A stretch of 64,000 nucleotides of DNA from the human T2T-CHM13v2.0 reference genome, Homo sapiens. Below are positions 34,856 to 50,630 of the stretch, piece by piece; positions within the stretch are counted from its first letter, which is position 1, and each line of letters starts with the position of its first letter. The translations under genes and the position numbers were made by a program. The stretch is from NCBI RefSeq assembly GCF_009914755.1, contig NC_060943.1; one strand, given 5' to 3'. A model generated the notes under the pieces. That model saw only the letters and a program-made list of their open reading frames with translations. It searched no databases and had not been told where the DNA came from.

Positions 34856-35357
34856 CCATAAAGCCCTTCTTTTAGAAAGAAAAAAGTCAGAATGAGTCTC
34901 TCTAAGGAAATAGTTCAGTAAGTTGCTTCGTTAACTGATTTTTTTGAAGATAAACTTGATTCAGAATGCATTTATGCCAAACTATCTTAAATTTGGCACT
35001 GCAGATAACGTTAACCTATTCATGTTTCTTTCAGGCCTATGAGAGAACAAGTCTAGTTTATGTTTAAACCAATAATTTAATGTGTGGTGTCTATATAGTA
35101 GATTTAACAATCTCTGAATAGAGGTTTGAGGTGGCTGGTAAACCCCAACAATGCTGGAGGTGGTTTACAATTTGAGTCGGTTCATTTGATACTAACAAAT
35201 CCTAACACTGTTTCTGAAAACATCACTGAGCTAATGGAACCATTCCCTACATGAGAAATTGCTATCATGTAAGCCACATTTAGCAAAAAATCCTACGGTT
35301 CAGAGCAACTCATCTTAGTCTGCTTAGTACACGTTGCATGATGGTTAACAACGGTGA

Positions 35358-35978
<621 letters not shown>

Positions 35979-36103
35979 GAGATTTCTTAGATGGCTTGTC
36001 CTTACTTTGCCTCACTTTCTAACCCCCGATGGGATCCGATCATATCTCCCCACCCGCAAGAGTAGAGAAGGAAGACTCTGCAAGGAGAACAGCATCAACT
36101 CAC

Positions 36104-36271
36104 CCAAGTGTGTGCAATGCACGATGTGGTTTCAGAGCCTCACACAGTAGCTTCACTCCATCATCCTGAAGATCATTTTCTCCCAAATCCAAGATTTTCA
36201 CATTATGATTATGGCTGAGGGCATTAGCCAGCTCTCCACAGCCCTCTCTTGTGAAAGAACAACCTGACAAA
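36104..36271 (-). CDS. NLRP13: NLRP13 exon 10, LRR, 168 nt
   Basis: ttttgcag|T ... GG|gtgagt; LSGCSFTREGCGELANALSHNHNVKILDLGENDLQDDGVKLLCEALKPHRALHTLG. Confidence 0.95.
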
Positions 36272-36832
36272 CTGCAAAATAAAAACATACAAAAGGGGGG
36301 AAAGTAAGTGCGTCCCGAAGCTGTGCTGTGTTTACAACTGCCCATCTCACGTCCAAGGAAAGGAGACACCCTGAAGCCAGACTTTTGTCCCAAGCCTCGA
36401 AGGAGGAGGGTGCGAGTCAGGAGGGCCGAGACACCTCCAGGTGCTCTATTTACCTGAGATAGAAAGCCGAGGGCACAGCAACACAGCCCTCTCCCTCCCA
36501 CGCCCCCCGCAGGTGCATGAACGTGAAGGGCCTCTCTGTGGTGGTTACCCCCCAGCACCCAGAGTTGGCTTGGCTATCACAGTGCACGATTCTCAGCCTT
36601 CAAGCTCGACAGTTGAGCTGAAGATACCAGGAATCTCCCATAACGGCAGGTCTGAATTTCCCAGAATAAATTACTATACCATAATAAGTTCAAAATAGTT
36701 AATCCAGGTGACTATTTGGAGAAAATATGGGTTGAGGTGGGGAGGGATGAGGAGAGGAAAGACAAGGAAGCGACAGGAGGAGAAAGAGTCATCCAAAATC
36801 CTTAAACCCACCCCCCCCATCCCAAAAAGGTT

Positions 36833-37157
<325 letters not shown>

Positions 37158-37821
37158 TCAAAGGCCAAGTGTAAGAGAACTGCCAGGCTGATAAATGATA
37201 CATGCAAATCAAAGACAGTCAGATTTCCCTAGAGTTTAGACATGGTGGTCAAAGGGTACAAAAATCTCAGCAGGAATATAATTGTTGTTTTTTTTTTTTT
37301 TGAGATCTATTCCATGGCATGGCAAACATACTTAATAGAACATTGTACCTTTCAAAATTGCTAACATAATAAATTTCAAATATTATCACCACAAAAAATT
37401 GTTAAGTATTTGAGGTGATGGACACATTAACTAACTTAATTATTCCACATTGTATTCATAAAGTTTGTACCCCCAAAACATATACAGATGGTAAATTTAC
37501 AATAAAACGATTAAAGTTTTAAAAACAAGAAAGAATTCCCTACAAGTGACGAGGGGAAAAACAAAATGAAATAGGTTAAAAAAAGAATCAGCAAATTTTA
37601 TCAACAGGTTTTTTTAATCTGGAAGTTTTTATCAATGGTTGTCAGCATTTGAAAACATACTCAACTTCATTCTTATAAATGCAGATGCAAATATAAAACT
37701 ACTTTGTGTTTACAAAGGAAGAGATATGACCCACGGGATGGGCCTCAAAATAATCTTAGAGGGAGAAATTAGTTCAACCATTGTGGAAGACAGTGTGACG
37801 ATTCCTCGAGAATCTAGAACC

Positions 37822-39190
<1,369 letters not shown>

Positions 39191-39367
39191 CACATTCACG
39201 GTCCTCCCACTTTCCCCATCCCACACCCCCGACAAAACCAGAAGCTCCTCCATGGCAAAGAGCTTGTCCACGCCTCATTCAAACCCCATCAGGAACTCAG
39301 GCATTGGTGGGTCAATTCCCATGGCTCTCCTCCATCTGCCAACTCAGAGGGAGCCAAGAAAACTTAC

Positions 39368-39538
39368 TTCAGGCTCTGCAGGTTACCATCTGGGCGACCC
39401 AAGGCCTCACACAGGAACTTGACTCCCTCGTCTCTCAGGCTGTTCTTGCTCAGATTCAGGTGTGTCAGGCTCCTGTTCTGCAGGAGAGCATCTGACAAGT
39501 GCTTGCAAGCGGGTGCTGCCAGCTGGCAAAACCAGAGC
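39368..39538 (-). CDS. NLRP13: NLRP13 exon 9, LRR, 171 nt
   Basis: ccctgcag|G ... AA|gtaagt; LWFCQLAAPACKHLSDALLQNRSLTHLNLSKNSLRDEGVKFLCEALGRPDGNLQSLN. Confidence 0.95.
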
Positions 39539-40059
39539 CTGCAGGGTGAAAGCCACAGAGATGGACACTCAGGGAAGCAGCCCAGACCCAGGCTCCTGGA
39601 ACAGAGCCTCAGGGCCCCCTCCGAGCCTACACATGCAGCAGCTCCCTGGACGACAAGGTCTTTCTTTTTAGCTGGACACCGACCCAGGCTATGGCAGTAT
39701 CTTGCATACCATAACCCTCCCTCGATCCAGATTTCTACAGTGAGTACACCAAGTCTGTGGTTCTCATTAGTGACTGGTTTAGGAAAAAATAAAGAAAAAA
39801 AAAACTTTCAAGGCTCCAAGGCTCTGGAGCCAGTTGGGCGTGGGTCCAAATGGGCTTGTCTGTCAGCAGCTGGGTGACCCTCAACAAGCTCCCGCACTCC
39901 TTTCAGCCTTCATTGCCTTCCATTCTGAAGTGCAGTAGGATGGTCTGGCAGAGAGCTGCCAGTGAGCCCACGAGCAGTGCATGTGCTTGGGACAGCACTT
40001 GGCAAACAGGCAGTGTACAGGTTATAGAAGATTATTATATCACAAATAGAGATGGCATA

Positions 40060-40550
40060 TATTAGATATGCATGTATTGCATAATATGTGTTAACATATA
40101 AGTTTTATGAAAATATATGTAGTTACATAATAGTATATCGTTAATATATTAAATATTAACTATTACATACATATATTGCATAATACATATATCATAATGT
40201 AAATATATAATGAAATATATGTTACAATTATACATGTATATATGTATAATTACAATCAATTACATTATAAATTATAACAACTAATTGTTATAATATATAA
40301 ATAACTGTAATATTAGTCATAATTATATAATTACAATTATAATTGGTTAAAATTACAACCTATATGTATATGATGTTACAATGTGTAGAATTATAACAGT
40401 TATAATTATACTAATTATTAGGGCTATAATAGAGTTGTAATAATATATTAGGGTTGTAATACTAATTATAATTAGTTATAATGGTGTTACAATTCTACAC
40501 ATTGTATCATGATCATACACGTATAATTACACACGTATGATTAACTCACA
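40060..40550. repeat. AT-rich low-complexity tract
   Basis: Degenerate ataattaca/taattata motifs. Confidence 0.8.
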
Positions 40551-41437
40551 TTATGTGTGTGAATCACCTATCGATAATCCCATTCTTGGAGACTCAGTGC
40601 CGAATGAGCAGTGAACTGGCAAAGGAGCAGAGGGCCAGAGTCTGTGGTTCTCCGGGATAATCAACTTGGTGACACCTAAAGGTCCTTGGCCTTTTCTGTG
40701 CTTTTTATACTCACCTGACAATTGTCCAGTCTCAGGAAAACCCACCTTTCCCTCTATTCCACACCTGCACCAGAGCAGCACGATGCAGCTAGAGAAGAGG
40801 AGACCTAAAGAATCTCTTTGTGCGTCCACCACTGTACGGGGTCTCTCATTCCCACAAGGCAATCTTCTAGATTCCCGCAGTCCTGCCTACAACGGCTCAC
40901 GTAACATCTCTGAATGGCATCTCAAGCTCCTATACCCCCAACCCAAACTCTTCTTACCCAGACCCTGCTCTGCCCCCAATCTTCCCTGCATTGGAGAATG
41001 GTCCCACCCTTTACCTAGCTGCCAACCTCACCCTCTGGGAGGTGTTCTTGGTACCCTCCCTCCTAAACCACCTCGAATCCATTGGCAAACCCCATTGGCT
41101 CTACCTTCCGATCTATCCTGAAATCCTATAACCTCCCCATGGGCCACTCCCTCCTGGTCAATAGGAGCCCTATCTCTTGCTCATACTGGTATTTTTGTCC
41201 GGACTGTAGTCCACCTGTCCACAGCAGCCTGCATGATCTTTCAAAGTACGTCAGATTAAGGTAACATCCCACTTCCAATCCAAGGATGACTTTCCATCTC
41301 ACTCAAGACAAAACAGATTCCTACACAGCCCAGCATATCCCAGGCACTGCCATCTCCTACCACTATCACCCTCACTCTACTCCAACCATGCTAGCTTCCT
41401 CATTGTTCCTCCAACATGCTGTGCTTATTCCAACCTT

Positions 41438-41717
41438 TTGAGATGGAGTCTCACTCTGTCATCCAGGCTGGAGTGTAGTGGCACGATCTCAGCTCACTGA
41501 AACCTTCACCTCCTGGGTTCTAGCGATTCTCCTGCCTCTGCCTCCTGAGTGGCTGGGATTATAGGCACCATGCCCGACTAATTTTTTGTGTATCTTTAGT
41601 AGAGATGGGGTTTTGCCATGTTGGTCAGGCTGGTCTCAAAATTCCTGACCTCGTGATCTGCCCGCCTCAGCCTCCCAAAGTGCTGGGATTACAGGTGTGA
41701 GCCACCTTGCCCAGCCC
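41438..41717 (-). mobile_element. Alu
   Basis: Antisense Alu. Confidence 0.88.
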
Positions 41718-42270
41718 AACCTCAGGCCTTTCACTCTGCTGTTCCTTCTCCGCATACGGCTGCCTCCCCCTTGCTTCATCTGAGTCTCTATTTAAGTATC
41801 ACCTGTTCAAATAGGTTAGTGAGAGAAGACCCTGCTGGGAAATCAACCCCATCCCTGTCATTCTACTCTCGTTCTACTTTGTTTTTCTTCATATCTATTG
41901 TTTTGTTTTTATATGTCACTCATAAAACTATACCTTCCACATGGGCAGGAAGTAAATCTGTCATATCTACCACCCCAGCCTTGAGGCCTTGTTCTATCTC
42001 TGCTAGAAGCTCACATATGAGTTGACCAAAAAATTCATTACTTCCTGGGGTCCTCGTGGAAATTAAGTTTCTTGGCAAAAGCTCCAGAGACGGGATCAAC
42101 AAATCCAGGATGCTACTCTGAATCTGTTTTAGAGCAATTCCTGGCACATAGTAATTACTCAATGAATGTTACTTTTTAATAATATAAATAGATATCAAAT
42201 GAAGAAACCATTGTTCTAGATATCTGTGCCCATAGAGTCATATCTAGAAATGGAAGTAGGGAAAACTTAC

Positions 42271-42441
42271 TCCAGTCTCTCTAAGGCACACTTGGGGTGA
42301 GTCAGGGCCGCACACAATAGCTTTATGCCATCATCTTGGAGCCGATTAAATCCCAGGCACAATCGAGTTACATGTTGGATGCTGGTGAGAAACAAGGCTA
42401 GGTCCTGACAGCTGGCTGCCGACAAGTTGCATTTCTCCAGG
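42271..42441 (-). CDS. NLRP13: NLRP13 exon 8, LRR, 171 nt
   Basis: ttccacag|C ... GA|gtaagt; LEKCNLSAASCQDLALFLTSIQHVTRLCLGFNRLQDDGIKLLCAALTHPKCALERLE. Confidence 0.95.
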
Positions 42442-42588
42442 CTGTGGAAGGTGCAGGTGCAAGGTGAGCCTCAGCCATGATGCCCAGGTTCCTCTACCTT
42501 TCTCTCTCAACCCCTTAACCCCCGAGACCCAAACATTATGGGAAGATTAAATTGGAGAAAGAACAAAAGCTTAAAGAAGGAGAAAAAG

Positions 42589-42995
42589 GGCCAGGCGCAG
42601 TGGCTGACGCCTGTAATCCCAGCAGTTTGGGAGGCCAAGGCGGGTGGATCACCTGAGGTCAAGAGTTCGAGAGCAGCCTGGCCAACATGGAGAAACCTCA
42701 TCTCCACTAAAAAAAATACATATATATATACATACATATATATATACACGTATATATACACACACATATATATGTATATATATACATATATACACACATA
42801 TATACATATATATATACACACATATATACATATATATCTGGGCATGGTGGTGTGCACCTGTAGTCCCAGCTACTCAGAAAGGCTGAGGCAGGAGAATTGC
42901 TTGAACCCAAGAGGCAGAGGTTGTGGTGAGCCAAGAGTGCGCCACTGTACTCCAGCCTGGGTGACAGAGGGAGACTCCATCTCAAAGAGAAAAAG
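42589..42995 (+). mobile_element. Alu with (TA/CA)n expansion in the linker (~42718-42838)
   Basis: Alu arms separated by a microsatellite. Confidence 0.9.
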
Positions 42996-43331
42996 GTGAG
43001 GCAAGGTAGGGTTTTCTCAGCCCTATTGAGGTGTGGGCTGGATCGCACTTAGTTGCAGAATGAGAGGACTGCCCTGTGCATTACAGGATGTCAATAATAA
43101 CTGACCTTTACCCACTAGGTGTTACCCACTAGTAGCAACCCCTACACCATCAGGACAACCAAATATGTTGTCCAGGCATTGCCAAATGTCCCCTGGGGGA
43201 CAAAAATCAAATCATCCCCAGTTTCAACTAATTTAATAGAATCCAGTTGAAAACCCCTGGATTTGGGGAGAATCAAAGAAGCCTAAGGAAATTATGCAAA
43301 GAAAGGCTGCCGTGTGAGATAGCCATGATCA

Positions 43332-44033
<702 letters not shown>

Positions 44034-44299
44034 CTATCACAGAGGCCCCGAGACAGACCGTTACTCTTTGAAAGAGTGATCTGTGTTTACAGACCCCCCC
44101 TGCTCCATGAATGAAAGCTGACTTTCTCCCTCTTCCCCATCCCTTTCAGAGGTTGGATGGCCCGCATGTCAACGCTACTCAAAGCATGGTCCATGATCCA
44201 GCAAGAGCAGCATGACGTGGTAGCCTGTTAGAAGTGCTCATTCTTAGGTCCCACCCCAAATGTGCAGGATCTCTGCAGTTGAGTTCCTGGGATCTGTAT

Positions 44300-44930
44300 T
44301 ATTATTATTTTTTTGAGTTAGAGTCTTGCTCTGTTGCCCAGGCTGGAGTGCAGTGTCACAATCTTGGCTCACTGCAACCTCCGCTCCCGGGTTCAAGCGA
44401 TTCTCCTGCCTCAACCTCCTGAGTAGCTGAGATTACAGGCATGTGCCACCACACCCGGCTAATTTTTGTATTTTTTAGTAGAGACGGGGTTTCACCGTGT
44501 TGGTCAGGCTGGTCTCGAACTCCTGACCTCATGATTTGCCCCACTCCACCACCCAAAGTGCTGGGATTACAGGCATGAGCCACCACACCTGGCCTGGAAT
44601 CTGTATTTTAAAACACCCACTAGGTTGGGCCGGGCACATTGACTCACGCCTGTAATCCCAGCACTCAAGAGGCCGAGGCAAGCAGATTGCTTGAGTCCAG
44701 GAGTTCAAGACCAGCCTGGGAAACATGGCAAAACCCCATTTCTACAAAAAGTACAAAAATTCACTGGGTGTGGTGGCACACACCTGTGGGTACCAGCCAC
44801 TCGGGGGCTGCAGTGGGAGGACTGCTTGAGCCAAGGAGGCAGTGGTTGCAGCAAGCAGAGATCACGTCACTGCACTCCAGCCCGGGGAATAGAGTGAGAC
44901 CCTGTCTCAAAAACAAAACAAAATAAAAAA
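44300..44930. mobile_element. Head-to-head Alu pair: ~44300-44593 (-) and ~44627-44930 (+)
   Basis: Inverted Alus ~35 bp apart. Confidence 0.88.
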
Positions 44931-45113
44931 TAACCTCCCCCAAGGTGAGGCTAATATACATTAAAATTTGAGAACCACGGCTCTACACATAGGAACATTC
45001 TCCTTTGCTCATCCTTCTCTGTCTCCTTTTGCTACAAGGCTGAGTGCTGTCAGCCCTCCCAGTGGATCGTGGAAGCTACTGGTGGTCTTGCAACCCCCCT
45101 TGACAGATCTAGG
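44764..45113 (+). repeat. ~350-bp segment with an inverted copy at 48379-48730
   Basis: Alu right arm plus its non-Alu 3' flank are both duplicated. Confidence 0.9.
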
Positions 45114-45128
45114 GAGCCAAAGACTTAC

Positions 45129-45293
45129 CACAGATACTTGAGGTTGCAAGCTGAGTGTCTCAAAGCTTTAAGAATCAGGGGGACAGTCATTCCCAGCTTG
45201 TTAGAGCTGAAGTTCAGATGGGTCAGCTTGCTGTTACCCTGAAGGGCAATAATGAGGTCCTGCAGAACCCACTCAGGAGTTACCGATTTGCAC
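45129..45293 (-). CDS. NLRP13: NLRP13 exon 7, LRR, 165 nt
   Basis: ttcctcag|G ... TG|gtaagt; CKSVTPEWVLQDLIIALQGNSKLTHLNFSSNKLGMTVPLILKALRHSACNLKYL. Confidence 0.95.
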
Positions 45294-45741
45294 CTGAGGA
45301 AGGGAAGGGACATGAAAGCTGGATTGGGGGAGAAGACTGGTTTCCAGGATCCCGTCTGCCTCCTCACCCTGCCTTCTACTACACTCACTGCCAAGGTTAT
45401 ACACGGTACACAAGGAATTAAAAACAAGGGCTGAGCCATGGTACTGGACCTTGAAAATAAAAACTAAAATATACTCCCCCCAAAAAAATCAGTAAACTCA
45501 GTTGCAGGTACGAAGTCAGGGATCCCTCCTTCCCTCTCTACCTCTCCTAGAGACCTGCCATGAAGAGGTCCTGGGGCCACCTATTCTTCTAGGAAATGAC
45601 CCCCCCATATACACATACAATCCAACCTAGAAAAGCCCAGCAATAACTCTCTTGCATTTTCTGAACTTCTTTCTCCTTATCTTGAGAACTAAGTACGACC
45701 AAAAGTTTAATATTAAAAGAAAAATTTAAAAAGAAGACTGC

Positions 45742-46265
45742 CCAATCCCATTACTGGGTATATGCCCAAAGGAACGTAAATCGTTCTATTATAAAGACAT
45801 ATGCACACGTACGTTCATTGCAGCACTATTCACAATAGCAAAGACAGGAAATCAACCTAAATTCTCATCAATGATGGACTAAACAAAGAAAATGTGGCAC
45901 CTATACACCATGGAATACTATGCAGCCATAAAAAAGAATGAGATCATGTCCTTTACAAGAACATGGATGGAGCTGGAGGCCATCATCCTTAGGAAGCTAA
46001 TGCAGGAACAGAAAACAAAATACCACATGTCCTCACTTATAAGTGGGAGCTAAATGATGAGAACACATGGACACATAGTGAGGAACACTGGGGCCTGTTG
46101 GAAGGTGAAGAGTGGGAAAAGGCAGAGGATCAGGAAAAATAACTAATGGGTACTGGGATTAATATCTGGGTGATGAAATAATCTGTACAACAAACCCCAT
46201 GACACACATTTACCTAGTGACATACACTTGTACCCCTGAACTTAAATGTATTTTAAAAAAATAAA
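45742..46265 (+). mobile_element. L1PA 3' fragment
   Basis: caatcccattactgggtatatgcccaaagg ... tacccctgaacttaaa, then A-rich tail. Confidence 0.85.
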
Positions 46266-46702
46266 TGAAGGCCACAGCCCCCTCTGCCTGCCTCTCATGA
46301 GTTTGGTCCAGCTCACCCAATACACTGAGGTTTGAGGAAAGTTACGATCAAACCTTTCACTCTTAACTGGTTGAATCAATGCACACATCTAGGCTTTAGA
46401 CCTTGAAAAGTAAGACCTAATGGTGGGGGAAAAGCAAGGTAGAATTCATTGGCCTAGACACCAGATCATTCAAACAAATCCCACCTCAGATTCAAAGCTA
46501 CGCATTACTCTCTCCTCTATAGTTCCCCCCCGACTTAATTGTTATACAAGGTCCACCTCCATTTGCTAATTCCTTCCTATCTTCAAGCCAGATCTGAGAC
46601 ACTGTCATTCATTCCTCCTTGGATTATATTAGCAGGGGACCAATACGCTTTAGTCCACAGCTGTGCTCCAGCTCCAGAGAGGACCCTCCCCCTGCTCACC
46701 TT

Positions 46703-47095
46703 TATTTTAAGAGGTTCTATTTTTAATTCACATACTTTTTCCCTTTTCTGCAGCTCATGTTTCTCCCTAATTCATCCCAGGACAAGCCTAGGAAACCCTG
46801 GTGTTGCCTCCAAGAGGAAAGACATACACATCAAATGCAGCAGTATGCTGATAAATATTACCACTGGATCTCCAGGAAAAAAAAAAAAAAGTCCTAATTT
46901 ATAGCTTTGCCAATTTCTGTGGTGTAAATTCTCCAAGCCAATCATGGCCAATTTCGATCTGCCCACTTGCTGTCACTAAATGGAGTTACAAAGATAGGTA
47001 CACACACACAAGTGGCTCTCACCAGGTTGTAGCAGCTGGCTCCAACATGTCACTGGACAGAAATACATGTCCAGAATTGGTAATAGAAGGCCTGA
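46703..47095 (-). repeat. Inverted paralogue of NLRP4 intron segment 18375-18798
   Basis: Reverse-complement alignment by eye. Confidence 0.92.
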
Positions 47096-47899
47096 TGGCT
47101 TTGTTGATATCATTTGAATATACTAAGTACATTCTCCTCATGGTGCCTTCTATCTCGTTTTCTTGGCTTGGAATGCTCTTTTTCCCCAGGTATCCATGGG
47201 CACAGTCCCTCCTCCTTCCCTACACTGAGTCAAGTCGGTCTTTACCCAAATACCTTTTCAGTGAGGCCCTTCTGCCTTTCCTACCTAAAAAATGCAAGCC
47301 ACCTTCCTCCTCATACATCCTTTCTGAGCCCCCAGTTTTCTTTGGGAGATGCCACCCTCTTGGGTCCTATTTTGATGATTTTGTTTGCTTCCCTGACACA
47401 ATGTAAGATCCCTGATGGCAGGAGTTATCTGTGGGCTTCACTGCTAGAACCTCAGAACTGAGAACAGAACCTGGCACACAGGAGATGTCCAATACTCACT
47501 GAATGCAGGAGTACCCATCAAACACTACCTACTTTTGCTTAAGACACGAAGCAGTCTCAGACTACACGTGTCTGTAGCTCTTCTTGAGTGCTTTGAGTCC
47601 ACCATACCCTCGAAGTTTTCTACTCCTTCAAATCCAGCTCAAAACAGGACTGAGGCCCTAGGGAAAAATTACTTTGTCCACAGGTGCCTCTAATGCGAGA
47701 TCATTCTTGATAGATCGGCATTTTAAAATTTCAGCCTACTTTGCCTAAGTAGCAGTTTCATAAATACAAGCACAGTTTATTTTATCCTCCTGAGCACGTA
47801 GCTTGCCTTCTGGCAAATAGTCAACCACACTCATCAAAAGAGAGAAGTTGGGAGATTCTCCTAGGGTATCTTCTTGAGCTGCTGGCGTCTCACACTTAC

Positions 47900-48070
47900 G
47901 TCAGTTTCTGGACTTTGCATCTTGGATTTTTCAGTGCAAGACAGAGACCCTTCACAGAGGAAGCATGAAGTTTGCTGTTACTCAGGTCTAGCTCATGCAG
48001 ATTCTCATTTGTGACCAACGTAGAGCAAATGCTGTTCCATGCGTGCATCCTGGAATCAAACTTGCTTGTC
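47900..48070 (-). CDS. NLRP13: NLRP13 exon 6, 171 nt
   Basis: cctcatgaag|G ... AC|gtaagt; TSKFDSRMHAWNSICSTLVTNENLHELDLSNSKLHASSVKGLCLALKNPRCKVQKLT. Confidence 0.93.
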
Positions 48071-48186
48071 CTTCATGAGGGAGAGACAGAACACGGATAA
48101 GAGCAAATTAGCCTCAAGCAATACCCAGAATACAACCTACGGGACACAGAAAGAAACCCTAACAAAATTATTATAATTTTCCTAAT

Positions 48187-48378
48187 GTGGCTGGGTGCAG
48201 TGGCTCACGCCTGTAATCCCACCACTTTGGGAGACCGTCGGGAGTTTGAGACCACCATGGCCAACATGGTGAAGCCCCGTCTGTACTAAAAATACAAAAT
48301 TAGCCAGGTGTAGTGGTGCATGCCTGTAATCCCAGCTACTCAGGAGGCTGAGGCAGGAGAATAGCTTCAACCTGGGAA
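48187..48378 (+). mobile_element. 3'-truncated, internally deleted Alu
   Basis: Ends abruptly at cctgggaa, where the inverted duplication starts. Confidence 0.8.
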
Positions 48379-48730
48379 CCTACATCTGTCAGGGTGTGGG
48401 GGTTGCAAGACCACCCCTAGCTTCCATGATCCACTGGGAGGGCTGACAGCTCTCAGCATTGTAGCAGATGGAGACAGAGAAAGATGAGCAAAGGAAAATG
48501 TTCCTATGTTAGAGCCATGGTTCCCAAATATTAATGTATATCAGCCTCACCTTGGGGGAGGTTATTTTTTATTTTGTTTTGTTTTTGAGACAGGGTCTTA
48601 CTCTGTTGCCCAGGCTGGAGTGCAGTGATGTGATCTCTGCTTGCTGCAACTTCTGCCTCCTTGGCTCAAGCAATCCTCCCACCGCAGCCCCCCAGTAGCT
48701 GGGACCACAGGTGTGTGCCACCACACCCAG
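48379..48730 (-). repeat. Inverted copy of 44764-45113
   Basis: cctacatctgtca ... ggttgcaagaccacc ... cagcctcaccttgggggaggttatttttt ... ccacacccag. Confidence 0.9.
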
Positions 48731-49042
48731 CTAATAACCACTCAGTCATGGACATTCAGTTAGATACAAGTAGATGTCTTAGCACAATGCCTGGTACTTA
48801 AACCCTCCATATTCAATGCCTAAGATATAAAGATGTCTTTAAGTTGATCAATTAGATTAGCTAGGAAACTAGGTGATGCCTAAAGGACAACATTCTTTCA
48901 AGTTAGAGCTGCTCCAGACCATTTGGTCGGAAATAAGCACGAATACATAACGACAACACATCCCTGGTTTTGCATGAAAGAATTTGCACAGAGCCTGAGA
49001 AAACAGGAGAAAGCTGAGAAAGAAATGGTTTGTAATACTCAC

Positions 49043-50630
49043 TCCAGAATTTCCAAGTCCCTTTCAAGGATGTGACTGCTAACAGAAAGCCTTAGCTTAT
49101 TTAACCTTTTACAGTGCTTTAGGCAAAATGAAGAAGCTTGGAGTTCTTCGTCCTCCAAAATATTAAGGTCAACTTCAAAGATACGACCCAACATCTTCTT
49201 TGTGAAGTCTTCCTCCTGGGACTCGTGTAGGCAGTGAAAAAGTCGTAGAATGTGAAATTGGAGAGAGGCACTTTCAGCCTTACCTAACTCTTCTCCCCAC
49301 TTTAATAATTCCTCCATTACCCTGGGAGATATTTTACAATGCAAAGTATCTTCCAGTTCTCTTGCTATGTTTTTATTTAAAAGACCAAAGAAGAACAGAA
49401 CCACTGGAGTCCAGTAGGCTTCTTTGTCAAGCAAGACGTGTTGCAGTAACATCTTCATCTCTTGTGGCTTTGTGGAATGGGGAGGGAATTCTCTAGGTTC
49501 CTCTAGCACAAAGGACATGGCTGCAAAAAACTCCTGGAAACTTAGGTGGGTGAAAGTAGTGCAACCCCCACAGTCATTGATCTTTTGAAGAATATTGAAC
49601 TCGTAGAGAGAATCAATGAAAGGCACTTCCAGGCCCTCGATCTCAGTGTCTTCTTTGTTAAACGTGAAGTTCATAGACCACAGCCCTTCTATGGCCAGAC
49701 TGCAGAGGGCCCTCCATTGTCCTGGCCAGCTGTCATCTGCCAAATCTACCTCTGCTGTGGAGAACAAGTTGGAGAAAAAATAGGCATACAGACTGGTGGT
49801 AGTCTGAGTGATTGACTGGAGATCGTAATACCTCACCTTCGGCTGCTTCAGACAGGAACATACGGTCCAACACACCATGGGGGCACTGCAGGAATGAAAG
49901 AGAGTTTCGTTTTTTCTTAGCTGCTGCAGGATTTTCTCAACTTCACTTGAGTCATCAAAGTGTCTCATGAAATATACCCGTAGGTCGTCCCCTGTGAACC
50001 CTGTAATTTGTACAAAGCATGGATTCACTAATGAGGCCTTAAGATCTCTCACAAACCAGGTCTTGATCGTGATCAGTAAGGTAGCCAGGGGAACCAATTC
50101 TTTCTTCAACAAGCTGTGTAGGATTTTGGTCACTGGGAGCTCCTGGTACCAGTCTGTACATGGCGAGCCATCATCCAAGCTCTCAGAGCGTGACTCAGAT
50201 ATGATTATTTCCTCAAAGCCATCAATAATAAACAGGAGCTTCTCTGGTTGAGACATGAACTCTTCAATGGGGGCATCAAAATCGGGCCAATCCAAAGAAA
50301 TCAATTCAGCAAAGGTAGTTTCCTTCATGTACCTTATTTTATGGCAGCTGAGATAGAAAACATAGGAGAACCTTTGCTGAAAGAGAACTCCATTTGCCCA
50401 GTGCAGCATAGCCTGCATTGCCAAGGTGGTCTTCCCAACCCCTGCCCTCCCCACCAAGACTATCGTCTGGGCCTGGGCTCTAGTCCTATTAGGATCCAGT
50501 AGGCGCTGCAGTTCCTCATGTTCGTCCTTTGATGTATTACGGATATATACGTGGTCTTTAGGCCAACTGATGTTGTCCCATGTCTCCAGTAGTTCAGCCT
50601 TCATGTTCTCTCTGTATTTTCTTCTGTGGT
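49043..50630 (-). CDS. NLRP13: NLRP13 exon 5, NACHT domain, 1588 nt
   Basis: ctctctag|A ... GA|gtgagt; Walker A GRAGVGKT (50428-50451), Walker B LLFIIDGFEE, APMVCW, winged-helix FTHLSFQEFFAAM. Confidence 0.97.
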
